Source of the DNA: Callorhinchus milii
Taxonomy: Eukaryota
Reading direction: 5' to 3'
Length of the DNA: 64,000 bases
Assembly (NCBI RefSeq): GCF_018977255.1
Contig: NW_024704742.1
Span: 39,868,001-39,932,000 of the forward strand
Numbering within the stretch: the first letter of the stretch is position 1; each line of letters opens with the position of its first letter. The notes beneath the pieces were generated by a model. The model was given only the letters and a program-made list of their open reading frames with translations, made no database searches and was not told the DNA's origin. Made by a program: the position numbers and the translations under genes. This document shows, piece after piece, positions 22,442 to 36,394 of the stretch.

Positions 22442-25400
22442 TGTTTTACATATAGAGTAACAGCAATAGATGTTCAAAATGATCTATTAGAGATTAAAAC
22501 CAATACTGAATGCACTTAGCACCCTATATTCAAACCGTTGTTTGTAACCTGATGTTTTAAACGCATAATTTAATGCTGTACAAAGGACCATAATAAGAAC
22601 AACAACAACAACAAAATTACATTTTTAAAGTGCCTTTCACGTCGGGAGGATGTCCCAAGGCAAGATATTTTTGTCTGGTGGAGCTTGTCTTGGACTGTAG
22701 CAAAATAGTCAATTTAATATTAAAAACATTCATTTCAGTATATAAACTTAGATTGTATATGATTGTACAACCATAATCAGGGACTTCTAAAGTATTTATA
22801 TCCAGATTGATGTTTGTAAAATATTTTTATAAACTTTTTACTCATTAAGTATTTTAAAAAAATCAGGATTATGTACCCTGTTTGCTTTGTCTCATCAACA
22901 ATGGGAGATCCTTAAAACTACTTTGCCCCAACCATCTGTGACTCTCGTAAAATCGCTCCATCTCACCCCATCCCTCTGCTTTCACATCCCACTGAAGACC
23001 AACCTTTACTGTGATTTCGGCCATCGAACAAAAATCGGCCATTTCTAGCAAAACTGACAATTCCATTAACATTTTTCTATTACCTTAGAATATATAGGAC
23101 TGTGTTAATACATTAATTGAATCATCAAGGTGAATTTAAAGTGATGCAATTGAATTATTTGGTGAGAGCAAAATAAAGAATCTAAACAAATTAATAAAGT
23201 TATGCCATTAAGCTGTGCAACAAGCTGTGATATGTTTCACTTGCCACTCCAGTTACCCCAGTATCGTCTGAACTGAGATACTTCAGATTGTGTTGGAAAT
23301 CCACACCAGGTCAATCACCATCTTAGAAAGGAAAATAGGACAATGTTTTGGGAATGACCTTTCATCTGATGGATTTGTTCTGTTTTTATTTCAAATCGCC
23401 AGTGGTCGTAGATTTTCTTTTTAACTCTATTTTCAACACTTTTTGAATTCCTTGCGATTGATAAACAGCAGGTGCTGAAGATCTCCCGAAGCGTATGTTA
23501 AGATGTTTCTTACCCTGAGATCAATCTCATTTACCACAAATGTTATAGACAAATACTTGGATCAAGTAATCTTCAGTAGCCAAAACACACACTGTGTAGT
23601 CATCAATCTACGTTTTTGGGTGCTACCTTTTCATTAATCACTTTGAAATATTATTTGAATGAAAAGAAAAATAACTGTAAATTATTTTATTTAAAATGGT
23701 CCTCAACAAGATATGTATTTAAACACAATTGTTTTTTATTCCTTGATCTTTAATAGAAGGTTGTAAAATATCTTTGCCGGATTCACGCACAGACCATTTA
23801 AAAAGGAATACAACCCAGAGAATTTGTAGGGCTAATTTATTTTTTGTGCTCTCAGCTGCTATTGCTGTCATCAGAGGTATTTGCCCTTGGCATTATGTAA
23901 AAAAGGTCAAGGACTGCAATTATTCCAGTCTGAAATTGGGAAATAAGGATTTACACTGCTCTCGGAGGTGTCCTTGTAAAGTTGTCTGGAAAGAAATAAA
24001 GTAGCATTGAGATTTTGAGCAAATGAGACGCACAACATTTCCATGCAGAAGATTGATAGGTTTTGTTCTTTTTGGGATCACTAGTCCGGAGTTCTGCCAA
24101 AATGTAGAGGAATCAATCAGACTTTCTGTGGAAAGTTCAACAGCACTTTTCTAGCCAAGGCGCACACTGACTCTTTCATGCTACACATCTTTCTACTCCT
24201 GTGGTCAAGTACCTTGCAGTTATTATCGCTTATTTGTTCAAGTGGTAAGGAAATATTAAATATCACAGTTCTCAACAGAGACTGGATAGTAATTACCAAC
24301 AGATGGTTGGCTGTAGTGTACAGAGAAAGGCTGCCTCTCCACAAAGAACTTGTTAGAAGCTTCAGGCAGTTCGTTGCACTATGATCTGGTTAAAATCAGC
24401 TTGAAATTAACTAGCCTATTTTTCCACTTTGCACGTTATCTTAACCTTTCTTGCGTACCCCTAATGACTAAAGCAAAGCGTTGTTGGGAATGACAGTGCT
24501 TTAACCAAGTAATTAACATCCATTCAGTTTAGTTTCTCGGTTTCAATTTACCATATACTTATTATTAATAATTTTGAATGTACATTTTAAATCCTAATTT
24601 TCCTTTACTAATCACACTGCCACTATGAGTACATTTCAATCAATCACATCCCTGTAAAGGTGGCAACCTGCACAATTAACATTCAACTATTTATGAAAAT
24701 GGAACATAACAGAAAATATAGCTTTGTGTTACAGTATTCTGAAAGGAAAGCTTTAACAAATCAAACCTCGTGTATTGAAGGCTTCAAATGATAATCGCAG
24801 CCTTTACAGGATTAAATATTAAGATACTAGTGAATGATTGATTATGAACTACAATTGATTATTGAGAGAAAGCTCATGAAAATAAAATATTGCTAACCTC
24901 CCAAGATTGATGTAATAAATAGTGTGACCAGAAATGGACACACTTTACAGTGGTGGTGTGGTGTTTCCCAGTGCTCAGACACTCTTGTTAAGCTTTTAAA
25001 TCAAACCAGGAAAGCAGACCATAAAGAGGCAGCATTTAAATGCATGCCTGTAGGAATATAGAGTTAATGGCCTCTTTATTTGTTAAATGGATTATTTTAA
25101 ATAAATTACAGAGCACTTTCACTGAATAAACAGAGTCTCAGAGGCTGTGGCATGTGTTACATGCTTAATTTAGCCACAGAATTCCTAAATGACTAGTGAG
25201 CTGTGTAATCGCCTTTGATTTCAGTGATAGATCCAATTCTTCAGGCAAAAACCAAACCATTGAGAACTGAAAGGTAATATCGTCTTGAGGAAAATAGAAA
25301 GTTTAATCTGGAACATATACCTATAATATATAGGAAACCACAGGATTGGAGTGTTCCATTAACAGAACACAGACAGCTTCAGAAGTGAATGATTTGCTTG

Positions 25401-26784
25401 TCAGTTTTACTTGAGCCTGATGTGCTCATTATATTCCCAATGTTTATGTTGTATGAGTCGACTTAAATGTAAAGTGTAAAGAATGACAGAACCATAAATG
25501 AAATGGGGAAAAAGTGCATTTATATAGTTTTGATTTAAATTTTTGTCTACAGTGGTAGCCTTGAATTCATTAAACATTTTGAAGAACTTATTACAAAAAG
25601 TTTCCCATTTTTCTTACTTATATGTTTTACCTTTTTCAAAATTTGCAAATGGGATGTAAAGTTAGAAAATGTATATTGTCTGGATGATATAAACATCCTT
25701 CATTAGGGCTGTGTGAGGCTTTCTACAAGAAGTATGTATTAATGAGGAACTATCATTACAGTAGATTAGCTCGCTCAATCATTTATATCATCGACTGAGT
25801 GTTTCAATAAATCATTTGCTGCACAAGTAATTTAACCAAACTGTCATTATGTGACTGGATTATGAAAGACGTGTAAAGCAGATTGAAGTAATCTACTCCA
25901 GACAAGGTAAGGATCGCTTTGTAAGACTAAGAATAATTATAACATACATCTGAAAATCAGACATAATCATTTTATATAATTCTCTATTGCAGTTAAAAAT
26001 CTATCATAGACTGATAATCTATAGTGAAATGCTAGGGGAAATCCATTAAGCGCACCTTTCTATTGCATTTACCGTGAAGCTGCCCCAATGCTTGGTGCCA
26101 TGATGTGTGGAGCTGAATGTTTCGATAAGTAGAGGTAGATATATTATAATCCCTCCTCCTCTCCAATAGCAATGGCACTGGAGTTTTGCGGTGGGACGAC
26201 AGAAATTCACACTGTAACGGCCACCTGTTGCTCGTAGCAACATTCTGTTCATAGTATTGGATGGTAAATAGCTACCATTTCTTCATTTTTTTATGGTCAG
26301 CCGGAAGTATGACATGAGCAGATAACTCTTGCTTGAGTTTGCCATTTCAACTGCTGACAGTTGACATTGAGCAACATTCCCATTTACCACTGCTGGGTAT
26401 GCAATCTCACCCTGGTAAGGGGTTGAGCGCACCATTTATCTATACCCAGAGAACTCAGGCATGTGGAGAAAGAAACCAAGGTTTTAAAGACCCGAAAGCA
26501 CATATTAGAGCACTGTTGGAATTGAACTAGTTAAAACTAAGTAACTTGCTAGCACAAGTAACTGGTTACTTCCCACTCTTCTTCCACTTAGACTACCCTC
26601 CCTGTTAGAACATTGGCTTTTATATTTAACAGGATCCCAGCTAAAATGTCTTCCCCCTCTAAGTACCCAACCATTAACAGTGTCCTGGAGTACTACAGCT
26701 GCCTGGGCCAGGCATTGGATCACAGAACGTTAGCTCAACTGTGCTGCCCTTTCCCAGACTTCCCACCATGGAAGTTTAGTTTAT

Positions 26785-27192
26785 TTATGAGTGTGTATGT
26801 GTGTGTGTGTTGTGTATGTGGATTTATGAGTTTGTGTGGATTTATGAGTGTGTGTTTTAACGTATAGATTTATGAGTGTGTACCTATGTGTATTTACGAG
26901 TGTGTGTATGTATATGTGGATTTGTGAATGAGTATATGTGTGTGGATTTGTGTGTATGTATATGTCTGTCTGTCTGTCTGTCTGCAGTCTGTGTGTTTGT
27001 ATACACATTAACACACAAATATATGTATGTATATATGTGCACCTTCACACACATATACAGTATATACATGTATGCATGCATAGATGTACACATATAGTCA
27101 TTTATATGCTCATGCATACATGCATACATGTATGTGTGTGTATATACTGTATATGTGTCTGTAAATGAATATATATACACACATGTGTGTGA
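26785..27192. repeat. Compound degenerate (TG)/(TA)/(CA) microsatellite with (TCTG)n
   Basis: Direct inspection. Confidence 0.9.
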
Positions 27193-29094
27193 AGGGGGCA
27201 AGAGTCTACATAATAATTGTACTGCTTGATGCCCCTCCTGAAATAATAGAAAATTGTTTTTATCTGGGAAAGAGCACGGCCATTTAAGCTCCTGCGGCTG
27301 TTAATTCCATTAACATGAGTTTAGAAATGAAATTGAAAACACTGACACACAGTGGAGGAATATGTAAAGCAAAGATTATATGTTTATTCTTTGTCACATC
27401 ACAAGCACAGCTGGTCTCAACAGATTGTTCACTCTGTGTGCATTATTTAGCCATTAGTAGCAGTGTTAATAGTTTGACCTGAAAGTTGCTATTCTTGGAT
27501 TGTTCTCTATACATTACATTAGATAGCTGACCCATAATTTAAATGCCTGCTACAATGTGGGCCTTGTTCACAACTGTGAAAATAAATACCTCAGCCCTCC
27601 AACAAACTGAATTTAAAATTGTTTCCCAAACTTTTGATCGATTTTAAATTTTAAAACACAATCTTTAACTTCAAGACCATGCAAAAGTTCAAGCCTCAAA
27701 TCTTTACAGTAATGTCACAATGAGTCACCCCACTAGGTAGTTTGCTTTGATTTCTAATGTCATTTTTCTTATATATTAAGAAAATTGACCAAGTAACATG
27801 AATATTACAAACAGAATATTTCAAGGAGATTTACATCCCTACTTGTACATTTGGCACAGAACTTGTTCCAAAAATAAACCCCATTGTGCTACCCTGCAGT
27901 AATCGAAAGAGATACTATCGAAGAGAGATATGGCTAAGATTAGTCTCAATCAAATCTAAAGCACTTCTATAGTTATTGTTGGCAAGTGTAGAAACTATTA
28001 ATAGTGCTGTACACAGTCAGATGTTATTTATTGCATTGCAAAATGTTCGGAGATCAGCCTACATGTCATCCAACAATAACATAATACAACTGAGTGCTTC
28101 CCAAAAGGCAAGTATCTTGAGGTACCTGCCTCTCAAGGGTTTAATGCCAACAGCTCTGTTAAACAAGGCATCGGTGTAAAATGGATTAAAATGCTTTCCT
28201 TTGATTTTCACTGGTAGCTTGATCCCAAATGAGGGAGTGAGGAAATTAAACAAAGTGTGCACAATGTGAGGAAGGAAGACAACAACACTAATAACAACAA
28301 CAACTTGCATTTACATAGCGCCCTTCACATGGGGCAGTGCTCAACAGTGGAAGAACCTGACACCGAGCCAGTGGGAGGGGGGAGGTGACCACAGTAAGGT
28401 AAGCACGGTCGAAGAGGAAGGTCAAGTGTTTTGAGGGCAGCTAATAATCATGGCCTCACATTATAATTATTTCAAAGCTTATATAAAAACTGTTTAAAAA
28501 CAGACAGTTTGAGCAGACGGACACATTCATGTTAGATTCACATTAAGAATTCTGGTACAGTTTCCACATTACCTACTACAAGCAGCTGAACCGTAAGAGG
28601 AGCTTATTGCTTAGCGGGATCTCCTCTGGGAAATCCCTATTTTAAGCAGTGTAGGTCAGGAGCCTGAATCTGCTGAGGTAGAATTGACCAAACCATGCTG
28701 AAACAACTCCATAAAAGGACTTCTCATAGAAGTATGCCTATCAAAGAATGGCCAATGAAGCTAGGAACTGAGGAACTAGCAATAAAAGTCAGGCTTCTAT
28801 TAGAAAGTCACAGTATTTAGTAACAAGGAATGGAATATAGCATTTAGTTAAATTCAAATGATTTGTGGACTTGCAGCAAATTGCCCTTCCTTGAACACGT
28901 TACAGGCATCGTGAATACATTGTGTGGTGACTATTTTGTAGACGAATGCAGCAGCCAATTTACATATAGCAATAGGTATTATGGAGATTCGGTTGCTACC
29001 TTCCAATTTTGGAAATGTAGATAGTGACGGCAATGCTAATTGATATACAAAATTATGTTAATTGAAGTCTACTATTGAAGCTTCGAGGCTTCCA

Positions 29095-29900
29095 TCTTAT
29101 CCATGCTTCCAGGCCTTGATGTCAGACAAGTATGCCGTCAAAACATTGGTAGGACAGGAATTTGTGACTACAGGTAGAAAAATAGATTTGGGTGTCATCC
29201 GCATACTTGTGGAAGTTGACCCTTTATCTGCAGATGAATCACGATGATGGAGCATGTAAATGAAAGAGAGGGGCCGAGAATAGAGCCTTGGGGTACACCA
29301 CAGGTGACCATGCAGGGGCCCGGGAGAAACCATTAGAGAAGGCAAAGTGGAGGCAGTTGGTCAAGTAGCACTTGAAACTGAGGAATTTGAGGTGGATCAG
29401 GGAGAAGATTTGACTGAGGAGGATGGAGTGGTCCACAGTATTGAAAGCTGTGGAGAGGTCCAGGAGGACAAGGAGGCAGAGGAAGCCCTGGTTATAGACG
29501 CAGAGGAGTCAATGATAACTTTGATGAGGGCTGCCTTGGTGCTACGGGCAGTGTGGAAATCAGACTAAAGGAACTCGATCATGGAAAGGTGTGAGAAAAA
29601 TTGGGTGGCAAGACTGTGCTCCAGGACGTTTGATAGGAAGAGTGGGTTGGAGATGTCAAGTTTGGAGGGATCAAGGCCTTTTTTTGTGGAGGGGGGATGA
29701 TGACAGCAGTTTTGAAGGAGCGAGAGATGGTGCTGGAATAGAGGGACAGGTTGTAATCAGCAGCAGGGAGCAGAGTAGAGGCAGTTGACTGGTCAATAGT
29801 TGGGTGGGGAAGGTGGGGTTGACAGAGAGCAGGTTGTAAGTTTTATATGAGTTTATGAGGATGGTGAGGCACGAGGGAAAAATGAGGCAAAAGTGTGCAG
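29095..29900 (-). mobile_element. Old L2 RT-region fragment
   Basis: Reverse complement: LLVLLDLSTAFNTVDHSILL, GVPQGSILGPL, YADDTQIY and LSDIKAW. Confidence 0.85.
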
Positions 29901-30634
29901 AGTCGGGTCAGTTATGGTTATGGTTGATATTTAAATTCACAAGAATATAAACAGATATTCTCAGGATCTGTGAAAGCTGAGTGAAAGTTAACAGCATTGA
30001 TTTGGTTCATGGGGATCTGTTCTCAATTTGGAGGGGAAGTAATTCTGGCTTAAGTCAACGGCTCCAATGCACGAATGACGTATGTGGTGTTTCCTGAATA
30101 CAATGGTACTTTAAGTATCGAGACCACTTATACTGCGATTTTCTCATTCAACCACAATGTCACTCTTAGATAATCATATAGTTAAACAAAAAGTGACTTA
30201 TATGTAGTGTAGAAAACATAAATGGTGGGTAGACCCATCAAAAAACTTGGACTCTCGTCCGGTGAATCCACGTTTGAATAACAAGCGTGACTGGAGCAGC
30301 CTGGCAACCTCTTATAGATTACTTTGCGACTTCTTGGCCTGACTGTTAGTTGAAACAGCGCATAGTGAGTGTGCAGTCCAACATCAGCAGGGTGCCATCC
30401 CATCCTGCCAAAAGAACCTCCTGTCAGCAGGTGGAGTATTTATGGTGCCCACAGAGATGTCCGGGGCCAGAACCATCCAACTAATGGAAAGCAGCATGGA
30501 GGCAGGAATCCAGAAAAAAAGATCCAAATGAATGTCATAAAAATAACATATGAATCTATTAGGAAGTTAAACTGCCTTGAAGCGTTCATCCTACCTGAAA
30601 GAGGCTATATGAGTCAAGTTGTTAAAGCCAGTTC

Positions 30635-31068
30635 TTTTTTTTTTACTTTGCATTTGATATAGTGCCTTATCATATCGTTGAGACATCTCAAAACGCTTCA
30701 TAGGATACGCTTGTAAAATGAATTGACTGTATTTTGTGGGCAAAACGCAGCAGCCAGTTATGTACAGCAATGTCCCACAAGCAGCCATGGAGTTAGTGAC
30801 CAATTTTATTTGGGGGATTGTTGGCCATGACACCAAGAGAAATTCCCTTTTCAAATAACGCTCTGGGATCTTTAAACCTAAACAGGCAGACGGAACCTTG
30901 ATTTAATGTTTCATCTGAAGGACAACACCTCCAACAATGCAACACACACTCAGGACTGCATTGGAGTGTCAGGTTAGAGTGTGTGATTCCAAGTCCTGAC
31001 ACATGGCTTGAACCCACAAACTTCTGACTGAGAGGCAAGAATACTACCACTATGTCAGGCTGACACAC
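30635..31068 (-). mobile_element. Near full-length SacSINE1-like DeuSINE
   Basis: Reverse complement: TGTCAGCCTGACATAGTGGTAG head, GGTTCAAGCC B box, long Deu region, L2-like tail. Confidence 0.88.
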
Positions 31069-31544
31069 AATGTATTATTCTTGATTATACTTACTGTGGT
31101 TTCCAGACTTTACCTGAGTGAGGTGTATCAGGTTAACAGTTGGTGTTTTCTAAGCAAGCTTTTAGGTCAATGAGCTCACACTACTTTGCCATGAAAAATA
31201 TGATTAGTTATTGATGTTACACCGAATGCCATCCTTAGCTTTAAGGGAAATATCTGGCCATAAGTAACTGCTTCCAGGCATTTCATTCCATAAATAATCA
31301 TTGAAAAGAGGTTGCTAGGGCTGGGCCATGTAATAACGGATAGAAGATGTGAGGTTACCAAAATAAACATTCAGTTGGATACCACAAAAGGGAAACAGGA
31401 AATCTGGCAGACTTAGACTGAGTTGGGATCATACCATAGAAAAGAGAAACCCAGATTGTACAAACCTTACTCAGGTACACAGTGAAAGATGGCACACACC
31501 TATTCCTGTATAATAAATATATATATGTTATATATATATATATC

Positions 31545-31980
31545 AGGAAAGGCTGAACATGCTTGGACTCCTTTATCTTGAAAGGAGGAGGGTAAGGGGT
31601 GACCTGATAGAGGTCTTTAAAATGATGAAAGGTTTTGATAGGGTAGACATAGGGAAGATGTTTCCAATTGTGGAAGAGACCTAAACCAGGGGCCATCAAT
31701 ATAAAATAGTCACAAATAGGTCAAATGGGGAAGTTAGAAGAAATTTCTTCGCACAGAGAGTAATCGGAATGTAGAACAATCTACCACAAGGAGTTGTTGA
31801 GGCAAATAACATAGATGTATTTAAGGGAAAGCTAGATAGGTACATGAGGGAGAAAGGAACAGAAGGTTATGCTTGAAGGCTTAGTTGAGGAAGGGCAGGA
31901 GGAGGCTCATGTGGAGCATAAACACCGCCATAGACCAATTGGGCCAAATGACCTGTTTCTGTGCTGTATATTCTAATGTA
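31545..31980 (+). mobile_element. CR1 3' fragment (subfamily with a different 3' UTR)
   Basis: LERRRVRGDLIEVFKMMKGFDRVD; tail TGGGCCAAATGACCTGTTTCTGTGCTGTA. Confidence 0.88.
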
Positions 31981-32674
31981 CATACTAAATTTCCAAACTA
32001 AAATCATAAATAATAATGCTATCTTACGCTACTGGAAACAAATTCACTAAAGTTAATTCCAGATAGAGGCTAGAATTGTATAAGATGCCTTCTCATGACA
32101 GATAAACTTTCTGAAACTCCCCCAACTTGAAATCAATCCTTAGCACAAGAACAGAAACCAGGTTAATATCAAAAGGTACTTTGCCACATTTAATTTCAAC
32201 CTTCCTGAACGGCAACCTCACCATCTTCTAAATATAGCATCAAGCTATTTCTTAAATGAATCTAGTTCCCTAGCCTCATTCACTCTTATTAGTTCCACCT
32301 CTTGATTACTTTCTGTGTAAAAGAAAATAGCTGCCTTGGTATTCTAAAATACTTTTTTTACAATTCTGAACACGTGCCTTCTTGTACTGTTGCCTTAACA
32401 TATCTGAAAGTTATGTCCTGGGGTTAATTTCTCTATTCCATGTAGTATTTGTTTAACATTTATACTGCTATAATTGTCATGTGATGACCAGGTACCTATC
32501 ACAGTAATCAGTTAGGTCAGTTTCTAGTCTAGCCAACCACAGTCGACTGAGATAATAAGGGTTTGCCCTTCTATTTTGTTGAGCTCTTCATGATTCTGAA
32601 TATAAACGAAGAAAAATGTGCATTTTACAACTTGACTGTATCTCCATTTATTACAGCTACTTAAACAGCTATCA

Positions 32675-32980
32675 GCAACAACAATGACTTGCATCAATAT
32701 AGTTCCGTTCAGATGGGATAGTTGCTCACAGTTTTACACGGTAGTGAAGCTTGGCACTGAGCCAGGGAGAGAGGGGAGCTAACCGTCGGCATGATCTTCA
32801 GGTGTGATCTGAAGATGTACAAGGAGGAGTCAAGGTGAAGGAAATGAGGCAGATAGTTCCAGAGTCTCAAGGCGTAGTGGTTGAAAGCACAGCAACCGAT
32901 GGTGGAATTAAGGGGAGGAGAAATGTGCAGAGACCGGAGTCGGCTGAACGAGGGTGTGGGTCGGAGGAATGGATTGTAAT
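32675..32980 (-). mobile_element. Degraded L2 3' fragment
   Basis: Reverse complement contains CCACCATCGGTTGCTGTGCTTTCAACCAC...ACTCTGGAAC and a (GTT)-type tail. Confidence 0.7.
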
Positions 32981-33112
32981 CAGTTAATACCTGACTGTGT
33001 ACCTCTCAGACAAGATCTTATTCAATGAATGACAGAGAGCAATGTCTCTACAATTAGTTCCTCCTTTTATACACTCTTGATTATAAGACAGGGGGTCAGT
33101 CCAAATCCAATG

Positions 33113-33695
33113 TTCGGATGACACACTGAACCAAGGACTATTTGCCTGTTCGGTGGATGTTAAAGATCCCAAGGCATTATTCAAAAAGAGAAGGGAATTT
33201 CTCCCGGTAACCTGGCCAACAATCCCCCAAATAAAATTTATCACTCATTCCATGGATGTTTGTGGGACATTGCTATGAGCAACTGTTTCACCAATAAAAT
33301 ACAGTCAATTCACTTTACAGTGTATCCTGTGAAGCACTTTGAAACATCTGAATGACGTGATAAGGCGCAATATCAAATGCAAGGATTATTATTTGAGCCC
33401 CTGGTTAATTATTAAGGGAGCGCCTGGTTTGTCCTTCTGACAGGATGGCAGGTGGTTCCTAAAGATTCCATAATATTATTTGTAAAGAGAAGAGAATTAC
33501 CTCTAGTGTCCTGGTCAACATTCCTGCAATTAAATTGGTCCTTCATCTTCTGGCTGTTTGTGGGATACTGCTATATGCAATTAGCTGCCGCATTTGCCTA
33601 CAAATATACAGTCACTCCACTTAACAGTAATTACTTTGAAGTACTTTTCGAACTGATAAGCCACCATCGTCAAATGCAAGGATTGTTATTATTAC
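33113..33695 (+). mobile_element. Two tandem DeuSINE 3' halves (33113-33393 and about 33440-33695)
   Basis: Each has AAAGATYCC...CCTGGYCAAC...TGTTTGTGGGA...CAAATGCAAGG and an ATT tail. Confidence 0.8.
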
Positions 33696-34229
33696 ACGTA
33701 TGAAATTGTCTTAACATTGTCTTAAACATTACACCAACAGTTCGCATGAGAAATCCAAATAATGCAAAACAGACGTCTACCCATGTTATTCTTAATTGGT
33801 CCTTTGGGGTTGGAACTGAAGAACTCCAGAGCAGTTAATGAGACAGGAGAACGACTGTGCCTGCATTTGTCAAAATACGATTGACCTTTGAACTGATTTG
33901 GTCAAAGAGGAAATAAGTCAGCAAAAGCATTTGAAACTATTATGTGTTACAAAATCTATATTCTTAGATTATCATCATTGACTTAACCAATGGTGCACAC
34001 AATGTATTGCAGTTTACATAGAATTAGACAGTGTTACAACTTGGAAACAAGACATTCAGCTCAATTTGTCTGTTTTGGATTTTATACCTGAGCTTACAGT
34101 CCTCCTAATTCCCTCTTCAATATACCTCTATACCCTTCTCCCTCATGTACACTTAACTGAGTTAGAACATTAGGCAAGGCTCTGCTGATTTTAGGGTGCC
34201 AATAAATACATTCAGCAGCCAAAACTCTT

Positions 34230-34815
34230 GTGCATGCATTTATCACTCCCGCTTGGATTACTCAAACACACTCCTCGCCGGTCTTCCCAGCTCCGCTATT
34301 CAAAAGCATCAGCTTATTCAGAACTCTGCTGTCTGCATACTTACCCAGACCAAACTCCATACCCACACCTCACCAATTCTGACCAGGCTCCATTGGTTCT
34401 CCAACACCAAACAGATCGACTTCAAGATCCTCACACTCGTGTTCAAATCCCTTCAATCTCTGGCATCTCACTACCTCTCATCACTACCCACTCCACCACC
34501 CGGTGCCTCCGCTCGACTGGCACTAGCCTCCTGCTCGTCCCTTGCACCCTCCCACTCCACCATCAGAGGTCATGCTTTCAGCCACTATCCCCCAAAACTC
34601 TGGAACACTCTCCCTCAATCCCTCTGCCTTACCCCTCTCTCCCTTTTATCAAGTCCCACCTGAAAACTTTCATCTTCGACCGTGCTTATGACCACCTCTC
34701 CCACCTCCAGCCCCCACCCCCATGGCTCGGAGTCAGGCTCCACCACTGTTAAGCATTCTGAGACGTTACCCTGCGTGGAGGGCGCTATATAAGAGCAAGT
34801 TATTGCTGTTGTTGT
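34230..34815 (+). mobile_element. L2 3' fragment
   Basis: [14 protein letters not shown]...QLIQNSA...RLHWF...IDFKIL in ORF 34196-34663; 3' GGAGGGCGCTATAT and (GTT) tail. Confidence 0.9.
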
Positions 34816-36337
34816 AATTGCTGGTAGCCAAAATGCCCTGGAGAATCTCTTGGGTAACATGGTGATGGTGCTCCAATAGCAATTGCCACTCACAGCTGAC
34901 AAACAAGCTCAGTGTATCTGTTCCCTACTCAGTTGGTTTCTGAAGAGCTCTTGTGCTTTTTTGGTTTGGATGAAGAAGACCCTTCATCCATCTGATTTTA
35001 TCTCCCAGAATACCCACCCTCCTACCCTCCCAACCCAGCATTAATTTGCTTTCTAAATGAATTCAGTGCCCACCCTTCTCACCATATGTGTGATATGAAA
35101 ACACAATGGAATGATCGTTATTTGGTTTGAACAGTTATTCTAAATTTATAGAAAAACTAACTCTTAACCATATGCAACATGTACCAGAGATTAGTAAATG
35201 CACAAGTAATATTTTATTAATTGTCAGAAAGGTTTTGTACATCCCACTCCTCCTTTCCTGTTATTTTAAGTTCCACGTGAAATAATCTCATAAAATATTT
35301 ATTGTCTACTTATGTAGTGTTGGTGCTAAGAATTTGATTCATGTGGAGTATAAACATCAGCACGGACCAGTTGGGCTGAATGGCGTGTTTCTGTGCTCCA
35401 CAAACTTTATAAATCTACGAATTATCCTGCAGGAGAGAGGGGACAGCAAAAACTTCAAATAACCATCCATTTCCTTTCAGGAAAACTGAGGACAGTTGGG
35501 ATAAATGTTAGAACGTAGATGGGTTTCCTGTGTGATACGTTGCGAAGTGGAATTCTGGTTTACATGTTTCTTGAATGTTTAATGTAACATATGACGTTTG
35601 TTTGTTTTTAAGCTACGTTTGAAAGTTTGATATGCTTAAACTTTAACAGGGACGGTACTGTAGAATTAAGTGGGAGTAATGGCAAGTAATTACTTGCATA
35701 AATATAAGGCAAACATTTTCTTGGGAAGAATCAATTTGTTGTTTGAGGACCCACCATGGGCCATTTTATTTCCAGTTTCTGTAGAGCGTTTGCTAAAAGC
35801 CAGCAAATATTCACCAGAGACCTTAAGAAGCCCCTTTGAATGGTTTATAAACAGACTACTCTCATTTGCTGACAAGGCAAAAATGCTGCATGGGGATCCT
35901 TTTCACCTCAAAAAGCTCAACACATTTGTTTACTGAACAAGAACAGTTAAATGGTGTTACTGAAACATATTGAATTTTAGGCAAACAGATTGCCTCTAAC
36001 TATACATCGACTGCTGAAGAAATCAGGTTTAAACTGCAGCTAATTCAAGGACTTTTAAAATTACAAAAACTTTTAAAAGTTCGGGACTGATGAACTTATT
36101 AATGTCACAGTCTTTTAATGTCAGCTTCTTAATGTCAACAAAGTGTTATTGCAAAACTCTTTAATAAAATTAAAAAGCAAAATGTGATTCAGCACCGGTT
36201 AGTATGTGTCCCAAACAACTCGATTTCGGAGCAAGAGATGTAAATGCTGTTTGTTCTCTCAAAGAAGTACAAATCACTCCAACAGTTTAAATCCAGCATT
36301 GGGTGGATTCTCAGGCTCCACTTGGAGTACAACTTAC

Positions 36338-36394
36338 TTCAAAAATTCTTCTTGACAATCCTGACTTGACTTTTGAACAAGGACATCTTTCCTT
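36338..36394 (-). other. Candidate 57-nt cassette exon (possibly a poison exon)
   Basis: Minus strand: branch-like CCTAAT, then gcttgtcaattactttcag|AAGGAAAG...TTTTGAA|gtaagt; flanked by a 19-nt complementary pair. Confidence 0.4.

Noticed and set aside
25688..25738. miR-30-like sequence TATAAACATCCTT...GCTGT...GGCTTTC
   Set aside because: The seed is mismatched and the 3' arm does not pair with the 5' arm; likely chance.
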